Positions 52,233 through 61,878 of a stretch of 64,000 nt of DNA are shown here, one piece after another. Numbering within the stretch: position 1 is the first letter of the stretch; the number at the start of each line of letters is the position of its first letter. Under the pieces are notes generated by a model. It made no database searches, had not been told where the DNA came from, and saw only the letters and a list, made by a program, of their open reading frames with translations. The stretch is taken from assembly GCA_044070495.1 (NCBI GenBank), contig JBIPSI010000012.1, forward strand, positions 89,808 through 153,807. Direction: 5' to 3'. The translations under genes and the position numbers were made by a program. Source of the DNA: Spirulina sp. (GTDB taxonomy: Bacteria > Cyanobacteriota > Cyanobacteriia > Phormidesmidales > Phormidesmidaceae).

Positions 52233-53633
52233 ATGTTGATCCTACGTTCCCTGATGCGGCCCAACCCTCTGTCCACCATCCTTGAGACCTTTCGCCGCTG
52301 GAGGCGATCCCCTGGGCCACCATCGTCGCGGCGGGCCAGTCGTATGGTTTGGTGGCTGGCTCCGGGGCTATTGGTTAAGCGGTGGTTGTTTCTCAGTGCT
52401 GCCGGGGTGCTCTTGGTGGGTATAGGCACCATGATCTGGCTGAAGCTCACCCCCGTTTTTTATACGGGACAGGTGCTCGGTGCTGCCTTGCGTCTGTTTA
52501 CCACCTACGTTCCTAACTACATCAGTGGGCCTCTCGGTATTTTGCTGGGGCTATGGCTAATTTTATGGGGGCAAACCCGCACCGTTGGGGCCATCACCGA
52601 TGTGCTGATTCCGGGACAGGAAGAGGAACTGCTGGATGCCCTGCTGACCCAGCGGCGGCTCTCGCGGGGGCCAAAAATTGTTGTCATTGGCGGTGGCACC
52701 GGCCTATCTAACCTGCTGCGGGGGCTGAAACACTACAGTGCCAACATCACCGCCATTGTCACCGTAGCCGATGATGGCGGATCCTCAGGACGGCTGCGGC
52801 GAGAAATCGGGGTGTTACCCCCAGGGGATATCCGTAACTGTCTGTCGGCCTTGGCGAACGAAGAAAAGCTGCTGACGGAATTGTTTAAGTACCGCTTTGA
52901 AGCCGGAAGTGGGTTAGTGGGCCACAGCTTTGGCAACCTCTTCCTCACCGCCATGAGCGAAATTACCGGCGATCTAGAGCAAGCCATTGCCGCCAGTTCC
53001 AAGGTGTTGGCGGTGCGGGGTCAGGTCTTGCCCTCTACCCTCAGCGATGTGCAACTGTGGGCGGAGTTGGATAACGGTCGTCGGATTGTGGGCGAGTCTA
53101 AAATTGCCGAGGCCCGCCGCCGCATTGTTCACATCGGTTGTCTGCCGCCCAATCCTCCGGCCCTGCCCAAGGCCATCCGCGCCATCGAGGAGGCCGATTA
53201 CATCGTGATTGGCCCCGGCAGTCTTTACACCAGCATTATTCCCAATCTGCTCGTGCCCGATTTAGTCAAGGCCATTGCCGCCCAGCGGGTGCCCCGCATC
53301 TACGTCTGCAACGTCATGACTGAACTGGGGGAAACCGAGGGGTTCGCCGTGTCCGACCACATTCGTGCCATCGACTCCGCCTGTGGCCACTATTTATTTG
53401 ATGCCGTCCTGGTACAAAAAACGCCCCCCTCCGAAGCCATTATTCGCCACTATGCCCAGGAGGGGGTTGGCCCGGTTATCCTCGACCGAGAGGCGGTGAT
53501 GGAGTCCGGTCGCCGGATCATTGCCGCCAATATTATGGACGAACGCCTCGATCTCACGGTGCGCCACCACCCCGACCATTTAGCCCGCGTTTTGCTGCGC
53601 TGGTATTCTCGCACCCAGCGCATTTGGCCCTAG
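52233..53633 (+). CDS. yvcK: YvcK/GlmR (gluconeogenesis factor) family protein
   Basis: [35 protein letters not shown]; start uncertain. Confidence 0.9.
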   Translation: MLILRSLMRPNPLSTILETFRRWRRSPGPPSSRRASRMVWWLAPGLLVKRWLFLSAAGVLLVGIGTMIWLKLTPVFYTGQVLGAALRLFTTYVPNYISGPLGILLGLWLILWGQTRTVGAITDVLIPGQEEELLDALLTQRRLSRGPKIVVIGGGTGLSNLLRGLKHYSANITAIVTVADDGGSSGRLRREIGVLPPGDIRNCLSALANEEKLLTELFKYRFEAGSGLVGHSFGNLFLTAMSEITGDLEQAIAASSKVLAVRGQVLPSTLSDVQLWAELDNGRRIVGESKIAEARRRIVHIGCLPPNPPALPKAIRAIEEADYIVIGPGSLYTSIIPNLLVPDLVKAIAAQRVPRIYVCNVMTELGETEGFAVSDHIRAIDSACGHYLFDAVLVQKTPPSEAIIRHYAQEGVGPVILDREAVMESGRRIIAANIMDERLDLTVRHHPDHLARVLLRWYSRTQRIWP

Positions 53634-53642
53634 GCCATTGGG

Positions 53643-54455
53643 TTAACCCAGGGCTTGAACCATGGCCTGTTGGGCGGCGGATTGGTAGAGGGATTTGAGT
53701 TGAGCCATCACCGCAGGGGCATCCTCTGGCGGCAAGGGAATTTTACCGAGGGTGTCTAGCACCGTGGTTTCAGAGGGGGCAATCACCACTAGGTCGGCGT
53801 CCAGGGGATCGTCGTAGCGCCAAAACGCGCTGAGATCCACCGTTGTGGTCGGGCGGCTAGGTTCCGTACTGGGTAGCCCCTCTGATTCTAAGGGGGCCGC
53901 CGCTTGGCGCTTCTGGCGCAGGGCTTCCAGCAGGCTATCGCGACTGCGACCCCGCAACTGAAACAGCACAAAGGGGTCTTCCCGAAACAGATCCCCCAGT
54001 TGGTAATACACCGCCGCAATGTGCTTACAGGGGTTCTTCGGGTCTGGGCAACTGCACTTAGAATGAACCTCGCTCAGGTTAAAGGGATAGAGGCTAAGCC
54101 CGTTGGCGGTAAAGACGGCTTCAATATCGGCGGGCATCTCCCCCGCCAGCAGTTGGGCAGAGTAAATGGCCTGCTCGGCCAGAGAATCAATCACATAGTT
54201 CCAGTCTTCGGCACTGAAGGCATCCAGCCAGATTGAGAGCTTATAGGGCTCCTCAGCGGTGCCCTGCACCAGGGCAGACACCTTGGCTCCCTTATACTCT
54301 AGGCTAAGAATGTGCCCCTCCCGAGCATAGATGCGCCCCCGTTCTAGCCGCTTTTTAAACCGATAGGCATTTAACAAATCGACCCAGCGCTGTACCCACC
54401 AGGCTTCCTCTTCCAGGGCGTAGGCGGCAACAGGGGGCGAAGAATAGGCAGTCAT
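53643..54455 (-). CDS. SWIM zinc finger protein
   Basis: CSCPDPKNPCKH, DPFVLFQLRG. Confidence 0.9.
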   Translation of the reverse strand: MTAYSSPPVAAYALEEEAWWVQRWVDLLNAYRFKKRLERGRIYAREGHILSLEYKGAKVSALVQGTAEEPYKLSIWLDAFSAEDWNYVIDSLAEQAIYSAQLLAGEMPADIEAVFTANGLSLYPFNLSEVHSKCSCPDPKNPCKHIAAVYYQLGDLFREDPFVLFQLRGRSRDSLLEALRQKRQAAAPLESEGLPSTEPSRPTTTVDLSAFWRYDDPLDADLVVIAPSETTVLDTLGKIPLPPEDAPAVMAQLKSLYQSAAQQAMVQALG

Positions 54456-54547
54456 GGCAAAGGGAATGGGGGAGTGAAGGGCAGGACTAGACGCACCGCT
54501 CAGGCTTGCCGCTAAGATGGCTAGGTGCCACTATCGCAAGGGATGCC

Positions 54548-54769
54548 ATGTCCGTTTCCAAGGCTGAAGCCCAGCAATTACTAGAGCGACTCATCTTCGA
54601 TACTACCGACCCCCAAGACTGGGTGCAAGATGTGTGGGGCCTTAGCCCTATGATGGGTGATAGCGCCGCTAAACTGCTTGACGTGTTCCATGCCCTGATT
54701 GACTGCTGCCCCGAAGAACAACTGGACAACCTAATCAAAGGGCTATACCGCCAGCTCTTGGAACTCTGA
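54548..54769 (+). CDS. Conserved cyanobacterial hypothetical protein
   Basis: DWVQDVWGLSPMMGDSAAKL. Confidence 0.75.
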   Translation: MSVSKAEAQQLLERLIFDTTDPQDWVQDVWGLSPMMGDSAAKLLDVFHALIDCCPEEQLDNLIKGLYRQLLEL

Positions 54770-54998
54770 CCCCACACCATTGCCCCTGCCCCGTTTGGCA
54801 CTTGCCATTTCGTGGCCCACACTACGGATCTAACCCCCTAGATTGCGTTTTATAGAGGAGCATGTCCCGTGAATATCCTGATCCTGGAGGCAGCTCAACG
54901 GAGAATCTAGTCATGCAGGTTTTGACTCGGATTGTCAAGATCTTAAGGATCAATTTACTTTTGGGCTACAATCGAAAGGAATCACGGAGAGGTGGGGT

Positions 54999-55343
54999 AT
55001 GTTTGTCAGGCTAGCCGAGCAGCACCGACAATTTGTTAAAGATCTAGTCATGAACCTTCAGGCCCTAGCCACGGTGCTAGAGGGCCTAGGTTACCTTGCC
55101 TCCTGCTATACCTGCGGCGGCCAGATGAACAGCGCTTCCTTTATGGTTAGCCTGGGCGATAACCACCTGATTCGCTTTCTGGTGTCCGACTACGGCATCA
55201 CCTGGACAGAAATGCGTGATGATCGAGAGCTGATGAAGCTAGAGGGAGCGGAAGCCATCCAGCAACTTCAAGAACTCGCCAATTTGGCTAAGTTTAAGAT
55301 TGCGCCTACCCACTCTAGCCCCGTGCTTCCCACCCAGGTCTAG
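54999..55343 (+). CDS. DUF1815 family protein
   Basis: GYLASCYTCG, HLIRFLVSDYGITWTEMRDDRELMKLEGAEAI. Confidence 0.85.
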   Translation: MFVRLAEQHRQFVKDLVMNLQALATVLEGLGYLASCYTCGGQMNSASFMVSLGDNHLIRFLVSDYGITWTEMRDDRELMKLEGAEAIQQLQELANLAKFKIAPTHSSPVLPTQV

Positions 55344-55384
55344 CTCAGATTAAATTCCCCCATCCAGTCATCTAACCCATTTCG

Positions 55385-55418
55385 ACAGAGGCAACCCTAA
55401 CCATTGCCTCTGTTTTTT
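55385..55418 (+). terminator. Rho-independent terminator
   Basis: acagaggcaa-ccctaacca-ttgcctctgt-ttttt. Confidence 0.7.
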
Positions 55419-55467
55419 ATGGGCCAGACGCTTGTGAGATACGTGCCCTATCCTGAAGGGGACACCG

Positions 55468-55716
55468 CTAGAGCCCTAGGCTTTGCTTACTCTGCTTGAG
55501 CTGCTGGTAGAGGCCCTTAATTTGCTGATAAGCCTCCTCCGGGGAAATTTTCCCGCCGGTGTTGAGGCTAGAAATATAGCCAACTCGGTGAGCGAACTCC
55601 TGAAGGTTGGCGTTAAAGGTTAGATTTTGGGGCGAAAACTCCCCGTAATACCGGCTATGAGGGAACAACAGACGATCTCGATCCTGACGATTCGAGGATG
55701 GATTGAGGCCAGTCAT
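55468..55716 (-). CDS. Conserved cyanobacterial small protein
   Basis: YYGEFSPQNLTFNANLQEFAHRV...GKISPEEAY. Confidence 0.85.
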   Translation of the reverse strand: MTGLNPSSNRQDRDRLLFPHSRYYGEFSPQNLTFNANLQEFAHRVGYISSLNTGGKISPEEAYQQIKGLYQQLKQSKQSLGL

Positions 55717-55914
55717 AATATCCCCCCTTAATGTTTACTTAATGTTTTCTAAGGTCTTTCTTAATTTTAGTCAAGGATTAAGGCTACCAATAGCGGGGGG
55801 ATACCCAAGCCCAGGGGAGTGGGGCGGGGGGATCCCCTCGGTTTCACGGGGAAAGGGGGGACTCAATCAAGGCCATGGTAGCGGTGGTAGGGGGCCGACC
55901 TTGCCCATGGATCC

Positions 55915-56742
55915 CTAGGAGGGTTCGGCATACTCCACATCGGACTTCTCTGGGGTCGGAGTGGTAGTCCGTTCGGCCTTGTCGGCATGGGATTTTTCTA
56001 GATCAGCGAGGGTGGGGATTGCGGTGGCCCCACGGCTCGCTTCAGGGTCAGCGGCTTCCAGAGGGGTAGCCTCGGTGCGTTTAGAGAAGCCCCAGGTAAA
56101 GACGGCGGCAATCAGCAGCACCATCAACCATTCGGGGGGCACTAGGGATGGATCGACCACCCGCACCAGCAGCCGCAGCCCCACAAAGGCCACGGTGACA
56201 AAGCCCGCGTCTTCTAGGTGCTCAAATTCCTCCAACCAGCGGATAAACAGCCCCGCCATAAACCGCAGGGTAACCACGCCAATTAGCCCGCCCAACAAAA
56301 TCACCAGCGTGTCCTTCGACAGGGCTAGGGCCGTGGTGACGCTATCCAGCGAAAAGGCTAGATCCGTAAAGGCAATGATGGGAATGGCCTGGATCAGGGA
56401 GGCAAAACGAGGCCCATGGTGGTGATCGGCGCTGTCGGTTTCGGCGGTGAAATGCTTGAACACCAACCACAGCAGGTAGGCCGCACCGAGGACTTCAAAC
56501 TGCCAAAACCGGAGCACCCACCCCGCCGCCAAAATCAGCGCCACCCGCAGGACAAAGGCAATCAACAGCCCAAAATTGAGGGCTTGGCGTTGCAGTTTTT
56601 CCCCCTCTAAGCCCTGGGCAATGGCCGCTAGGGCAATGGCATTATCGGCGGAAAGCACCGCCTCTAGGGCAATCAACACAGGCAATAGCAGCAGTGTGTC
56701 TACCCCAAAGTTGGTTGAAATGTCGAGCAGTTGGTCTAGCAT
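55915..56742 (-). CDS. TerC family membrane protein
   Basis: LEAVLSADNA, DLAFSLDSV. Confidence 0.93.
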   Translation of the reverse strand: MLDQLLDISTNFGVDTLLLLPVLIALEAVLSADNAIALAAIAQGLEGEKLQRQALNFGLLIAFVLRVALILAAGWVLRFWQFEVLGAAYLLWLVFKHFTAETDSADHHHGPRFASLIQAIPIIAFTDLAFSLDSVTTALALSKDTLVILLGGLIGVVTLRFMAGLFIRWLEEFEHLEDAGFVTVAFVGLRLLVRVVDPSLVPPEWLMVLLIAAVFTWGFSKRTEATPLEAADPEASRGATAIPTLADLEKSHADKAERTTTPTPEKSDVEYAEPS

Positions 56743-56904
56743 GGATGAGTTTAGCTACCTTGGGCAGCCGTTAGCGTTATGGTATCTAGTCCGGGAATAA
56801 GGGTAATAGGCTTTAGTCTAACCTGCCCCGTTGGCCCAGGCGTAGTACGGTTAATTGTCCACGGTCTCGTTCATCCCTAGGAGCTATCCCCTGTGCTGAG
56901 GTCA

Positions 56905-57687
56905 ATGCTCACCGCCTTTCGCCAGCACTATCCCCAGGGCGGCCTAGTATCGGAGCTTCTCCGCATCCACGATGGGCTATACATCGTGCGTGCCGTTGTC
57001 GTGGTGGAGAATCAAACCCTGGCTACGGGGTTGGCGGCCCATGGGGTGCTCGAAACCGCCGAAGATACGGCCTCCGTGCGCGCCCTAAGCCACCTCGGTT
57101 TAGCCGACATCGGCTACGCGACTCCACCCACCCTTGCGGTGCCGCCCACCGATTTTCCGGCGGCTCACCCATCGCCCAAAGCGCCTCAATCCGTTCCGTC
57201 AGTGGCCTTACCTACAGCGGCGATGTTATCCACGGCGACCACAAAGGATGGTGCCGTTCGCCCCGACGCAGCAGCCCTTTTACCCAGCCTTGACTTAGAA
57301 AGGGCAGCAGCGGATTTTGAACCGGAGACCTACGTCAGCCATGGCCCTGACAGTACTGGCTCTGATTTTACGTTGACACCTGAGGCCGATCTCAGCCCCA
57401 ACCTGCGGCCTGTAGTGGAGCCAATACCTGCGGAGCCAACATCTGATGCTCCGCTCCCCTTCGATCCAGACCTGCTTTCCCTAGAGGGCATCCCGACGCC
57501 GTCGATTGATCTGTCGGACATTATTGCCCAAACCGATGTAGAGCTTCAGCGCCTGGGCTGGAACGTGAACCAGGGGAGAGAGTTCCTAGAAAAGACCTAC
57601 GGCAAACGTTCCCGCCACGATCTGACCGATGAAGAACTGCTGGAGTTCTTGCTATTCCTAGAAACCCAGCCCACCCCTGGCCCTTAA
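56905..57687 (+). CDS. Conserved cyanobacterial hypothetical protein
   Basis: FRQHYPQGGLVSELL; C-terminal DLSDIIAQTDVELQRLGW...YGKRSRHDLTDEEL. Confidence 0.85.
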   Translation: MLTAFRQHYPQGGLVSELLRIHDGLYIVRAVVVVENQTLATGLAAHGVLETAEDTASVRALSHLGLADIGYATPPTLAVPPTDFPAAHPSPKAPQSVPSVALPTAAMLSTATTKDGAVRPDAAALLPSLDLERAAADFEPETYVSHGPDSTGSDFTLTPEADLSPNLRPVVEPIPAEPTSDAPLPFDPDLLSLEGIPTPSIDLSDIIAQTDVELQRLGWNVNQGREFLEKTYGKRSRHDLTDEELLEFLLFLETQPTPGP

Positions 57688-57699
57688 GTTGCCTCTAAC

Positions 57700-58305
57700 C
57701 TAGGCGACAGCCAAGGGACGACCACCCACGGAGGTACGGTCAATCACCTGGTCGATGAGGCCATATTCCACAGCCTCCTGGGGGCTCATAAAGAAGTCGC
57801 GCTCGGTGTCTTCCGCGATTTTTTCGATGGGCTTGCCGGTGTTGTTGGCCAGGGCTTCATTCAGGCGCTGCTTCAGGTAGAGGATTTCCTTGGCCTGAAT
57901 TTCGATATCGGTGGCTTGGCCCTGGGCACCACCGAGGGGCTGGTGGATCATAATCCGAGAGTTGGGTAGGCTCATGCGCTTGCCCTGTTCCCCAGCGGCG
58001 AGCAGAAACGCGCCCATGCTGGCGGCAAGGCCCACGCAAATGGTGCACACCTGGGGCCGAATGTGGTTCATGGTGTCGTAAATGCCGAGGCCCGCCGTCA
58101 CCGACCCACCGGGGGAGTTGATATAGAGATAAATGTCCTTGTCGGGATCCTCAGCTTCCAGAAATAGCATCTGCGCCACAATCAGGTTGGCGGAATCGGA
58201 GGTTACCTCTTGGCCGAGGAAAATAATCCGCTCGCGCAACAGACGGGAATAAATGTCAAACGCGCGCTCACCACGCCCGGATTGCTCAATAACGGTAGGA
58301 ATCAT
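57700..58305 (-). CDS. clpP: ATP-dependent Clp protease proteolytic subunit
   Basis: [28 protein letters not shown]. Confidence 0.97.
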   Translation of the reverse strand: MIPTVIEQSGRGERAFDIYSRLLRERIIFLGQEVTSDSANLIVAQMLFLEAEDPDKDIYLYINSPGGSVTAGLGIYDTMNHIRPQVCTICVGLAASMGAFLLAAGEQGKRMSLPNSRIMIHQPLGGAQGQATDIEIQAKEILYLKQRLNEALANNTGKPIEKIAEDTERDFFMSPQEAVEYGLIDQVIDRTSVGGRPLAVA

Positions 58306-58411
58306 GAGGATAGGCCACTTGTTCACTGCTATCGCCCATTGTAGCCATATCCGCTAGCAAACCTGTGATCCCGCCCGGTCGTAATCGCCCCACCCCATCG
58401 GTTCCCATCTC

Positions 58412-58903
58412 CTACAATCCCTCATCCATCCGGCCTGCCACCGTGGCAATCCAGCCGCGACGCAGGGCCAGTTCTAGCACCGCCGCCGTCACGGAAAACA
58501 TCAGCAGGCTTTCGGTAATGGCGATCAAAAACGGCCAGCCCATCATCGTGATGGCGGCTCCCACGTTCACCAATGCCAACCCTCTCACCAAGCTAAAGGC
58601 AAAAATTACCCCAGAACGCAGGTAGGAACTGGTGTCTTGGCGCACAGCGTAGCGGTAGGTGATGCCAAACAGCGCCCCCGACAGGGCTGCAATGGCCACG
58701 CTAATCCAGAAAGTTGCGCCCGCAAGTCCGTCAAGGGTTGAGGCCGCCGCCGCCATCCAACCCAAGGCCGCCGCCCGATGCAGCAGCAGTAACTTCGCCC
58801 CCACCACCCCAGCAATCAACCCTGTCAGCCCCGCCGCCTGCACCGAGGCCATGCGGTCTTGGCTGGCTTGTCCTTGGCGGGTGTTTCCTGATGCGGTATC
58901 CAT
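58412..58903 (-). CDS. Conserved cyanobacterial membrane protein
   Basis: LFGITYRYAVRQD...LRSGVIFAFSLVRGLA. Confidence 0.85.
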   Translation of the reverse strand: MDTASGNTRQGQASQDRMASVQAAGLTGLIAGVVGAKLLLLHRAAALGWMAAAASTLDGLAGATFWISVAIAALSGALFGITYRYAVRQDTSSYLRSGVIFAFSLVRGLALVNVGAAITMMGWPFLIAITESLLMFSVTAAVLELALRRGWIATVAGRMDEGL

Positions 58904-59082
58904 GGATGTCTTCCTTTACCAATCGTGTTCAAGGCCAGCCCCGTAGGCATGGCGGCTGGAACGACCCTCGCTTGTCATCCCTGGGCTAAATCGACAGGGC
59001 TTTCAAGCTATCGTTTATTTTAGGCAAGCCTTTACCGTATGATAGGAACGGCTGTGTTGTCTTCTATCAACTCATTGCAATT

Positions 59083-59172
59083 ATGGACATTTTGACCTTG
59101 GGCTGGGTATCTCTGCTGGTTGTCTTCACCTTCTCCCTGTCGATGGTGGTTTGGGGCCGCAACGGCTTCTAA
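59083..59172 (+). CDS. petN: Cytochrome b6f subunit PetN
   Basis: [29 protein letters not shown]. Confidence 0.97.
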   Translation: MDILTLGWVSLLVVFTFSLSMVVWGRNGF

Positions 59173-59206
59173 GGTTGTTTACCTGCCGTAAGCCATCACA
59201 TTAGCC

Positions 59207-59404
59207 ATGGAAGCCACCCTAGAAGCACAAGCCTTTAGCGTCCTTGCCGTGCTGGCCCTGGTTTTGCTAGTGGTCGTCACCGGAGGGGTTGCGTACCTCA
59301 CTGCCGCCGACTGGCGAGATCGTCGTCGCCGCAAAAACGACCAGGATTCCGTCAAGCGTCGGCCCGCCAAGGCTGCTAAGGCCGCCAAGACTGCTAAAAA
59401 ATAG
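59207..59404 (+). CDS. Small single-TM cyanobacterial protein
   Basis: VTGGVAYLTAADWRDRRRR. Confidence 0.8.
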   Translation: MEATLEAQAFSVLAVLALVLLVVVTGGVAYLTAADWRDRRRRKNDQDSVKRRPAKAAKAAKTAKK

Positions 59405-59511
59405 TTCCTCCCATTCCCATTGCAAATGGCTCGGATCGTCGGTGACTGGCTGGCGTCCGGGCTTTTGCTTTGGGTGGGTACTCGGCTGATCCCCCCTGCC
59501 CCCTTGGAAAG

Positions 59512-59675
59512 CTACTGTGTACACATCAGTCCTTAACGTAGACGATACAGGGAATTGATCCCCCCTAGCCCCCCTTAAAAAGGGGGGAACCGGATTCAAG
59601 GTCCCCCTTTTTAAGGGGGATTTAGGGGGATCTCCCAGCTATGGCTGTATCAGAACAGGATGTGCATCGCGGTAA
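59512..59675. mobile_element. About 165-bp MITE-like element, copy 2
   Basis: Homologous to 37072-37236. Confidence 0.6.
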
Positions 59676-59820
59676 ATGGGCAGGCGAGGAGACCTCTCCC
59701 CTACGTTTTGGGGGGTTCAAACTTGGGGTCTAAGGTTGAGCGTTGGTCGCAGGGGTAAGGGCGGCGGGGAGGTTGCGCCCCACGAAAGATAGATTTTTTA
59801 CCTGAGGTTAGCTAGGTTTG

Positions 59821-61185
59821 ATGGCGGCAACGGTTCCCAAGACAGATTCTCCAACGGCGCGGCAATGGGCGCTGTCCGCCCTGCTTCAAGTGCAGGGGGG
59901 AGCCTATGCCGACGTGGCCCTGCATCGCACCTTGGCCCAGGCGAAGCTCTCGGCCCAGGATGCCGCCTTGGTAACGGAATTGGTCTACGGCACGGTGCGG
60001 CGGCAGCGGACGTTGGACGGGCTGATTTCCCAATTGGGCACCCGCCCTGCGGAGAAGCAGCCCCCGGTGTTGCGGCTGGTGTTGCAGTTGGGCCTCTATC
60101 AACTGCGCTATCTCAAAGCGATTCCGGCCTCGGCGGCGGTGAATACCAGCGTAGATTTGGCCAAGGCCAACGGTTTGGGGCAACTGTCTAAGGTGGTGAA
60201 CGGCCTGCTACGGCAGTACGAACGGCTGACATCCAAGGGCACCGATCCCCTGGTGCTGCCCGAAGACCCCACGGCAGCGTTGGGGGTGCGCCATAGCTAT
60301 CCCAACTGGATCGTAGACCTGTGGCGACAACAGCTTGGCGACCCGGAAACCGACCAGCTTTGCCAGTGGTTTAACCAAGTGCCCAGCCTGGATCTGCGCG
60401 TGAACCGCCTACAAACCACCGTGGAAGCGGTGGAACAAGCCCTAGCCACAGCGGGAACCGCCACAGAACGCCTGCCCGGTCTGCCCTGGGCCTTGCGGTT
60501 GAGCCAGCATTCTGGGGCCATCACCGACCTACCAGGTTATGAAGAAGGCTGGTGGGCGGTACAGGATGCCAGCGCTCAATTGGTGGGTCAACTCCTCGAT
60601 CCGCAACCGGGGGAAACCGTGATCGATCTCTGCGCCGCACCGGGAGGCAAGGCCACCCATTTGGCGGAAATTATGGGCGACCAGGGCACAGTCTGGGCCT
60701 GCGACCGCACGGCATCCCGGCTCAAAAAAGTGACGGTCAATGCCGAGCGATTGCAGCTCCACAGCATCCGCACCCACCTGGGCGACAGCACCGATTTAGT
60801 CCCACTCCATGGCCAAGGGGATCGGGTTCTAGTCGATGCCCCCTGTTCTGGCCTGGGCACCCTGCACCGCCACGCCGATGCCCGCTGGCGACAAACCCCA
60901 GATTCTATCCAAACCCTAGTGCCGCAGCAGCAAGCCCTATTGGCCGAAGCGGCCCGCTGCACCAAACCGGGCGGCATCCTGGTCTACGCCACCTGCACCC
61001 TCCACCCCGCCGAAAACGAAGGGGTGATTCAAACCTTTTTGCAAACCCATCCCCACTGGCACATCCAACCCCCAGCGGCGGATTTGATGCCAGGACTTAC
61101 CCCCGCCCCGGAAGGCTGGCTGAAACTCTGGCCCCACCGCCAGAACATGGACGGCTTTTTCATGGTCTGCCTACGTTACTCGTAA
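59821..61185 (+). CDS. rsmB: 16S rRNA m5C967 methyltransferase
   Basis: NusB-like N-terminus, DLCAAPGGK, DAPCSGLG, YATCT. Confidence 0.95.
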   Translation: MAATVPKTDSPTARQWALSALLQVQGGAYADVALHRTLAQAKLSAQDAALVTELVYGTVRRQRTLDGLISQLGTRPAEKQPPVLRLVLQLGLYQLRYLKAIPASAAVNTSVDLAKANGLGQLSKVVNGLLRQYERLTSKGTDPLVLPEDPTAALGVRHSYPNWIVDLWRQQLGDPETDQLCQWFNQVPSLDLRVNRLQTTVEAVEQALATAGTATERLPGLPWALRLSQHSGAITDLPGYEEGWWAVQDASAQLVGQLLDPQPGETVIDLCAAPGGKATHLAEIMGDQGTVWACDRTASRLKKVTVNAERLQLHSIRTHLGDSTDLVPLHGQGDRVLVDAPCSGLGTLHRHADARWRQTPDSIQTLVPQQQALLAEAARCTKPGGILVYATCTLHPAENEGVIQTFLQTHPHWHIQPPAADLMPGLTPAPEGWLKLWPHRQNMDGFFMVCLRYS

Positions 61186-61560
61186 AAGGGATTGCACAGC
61201 GTTAACTCAGGCACTCGCTTAAAGTCGTCCACATTACTGGTGATTACACAGGCAGAGCGATGTAAAGCCGTTGCCGCAATTAGGGCATCGGGAAGTTTGA
61301 GGCGATAATAGCGACGCAATTGAATGGTGCGATCTTCGATTTGAGGCGACAGGGGAATGCGTTCAAACTGCGTCAGTAAGTCATTAATTATCGTTTCTTC
61401 TTCGTCAGATAAATCTGGAAAACTCAACAATTCAATTCTCCCATTGTGCGAATTGAATTGTTGAGTTTTGGCTGAGAAATGAGTCTAAGAAAAATCGCAA
61501 TACTTCTGGCTCTTCTGCAAAATAATAAATAAAAATATTGGTATCGTAGAGATACTTCAC
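61176..61560 (-). pseudogene. vapC: VapC (PIN) toxin pseudogene
   Basis: VKYLYDTNIFIY..., frameshift at a perfect palindrome, then RIELLSFP...LKLPDALIAATA...TSNVDDF. Confidence 0.85.
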
Positions 61561-61754
61561 CGATCCCACTCCTGGCGCACGGTATCGAGATGGGCCAGCA
61601 TTTGGTTTCGCTTGTCTTTTAGCAGTCCCTTGGCCTTAGTTATTTTGGCATAGTCCCGCTGCCAGAGCGATACTACTGATGCATGTACATCCACGGTAAT
61701 GAACTCTTCATTTTGATCGATTAAATACTGTTTAGGAATTTTAATGATGGGCAT
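61557..61754 (-). CDS. Putative antitoxin
   Basis: 65 aa ending VRQEWDR; GTGA overlap with vapC. Confidence 0.75.
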   Translation of the reverse strand: MPIIKIPKQYLIDQNEEFITVDVHASVVSLWQRDYAKITKAKGLLKDKRNQMLAHLDTVRQEWDR

Positions 61755-61878
61755 TGCTCTTGCTCTTGAGTGATTATCCTAAATCTTAATTGATCGCCTC
61801 TAGGCTGTGCCAGATTAAGCCGATCCGTCAGTTTGTGCTATTAAAGGGTGAAGCCTACGCGGAAGGGGCATTAGGGGC

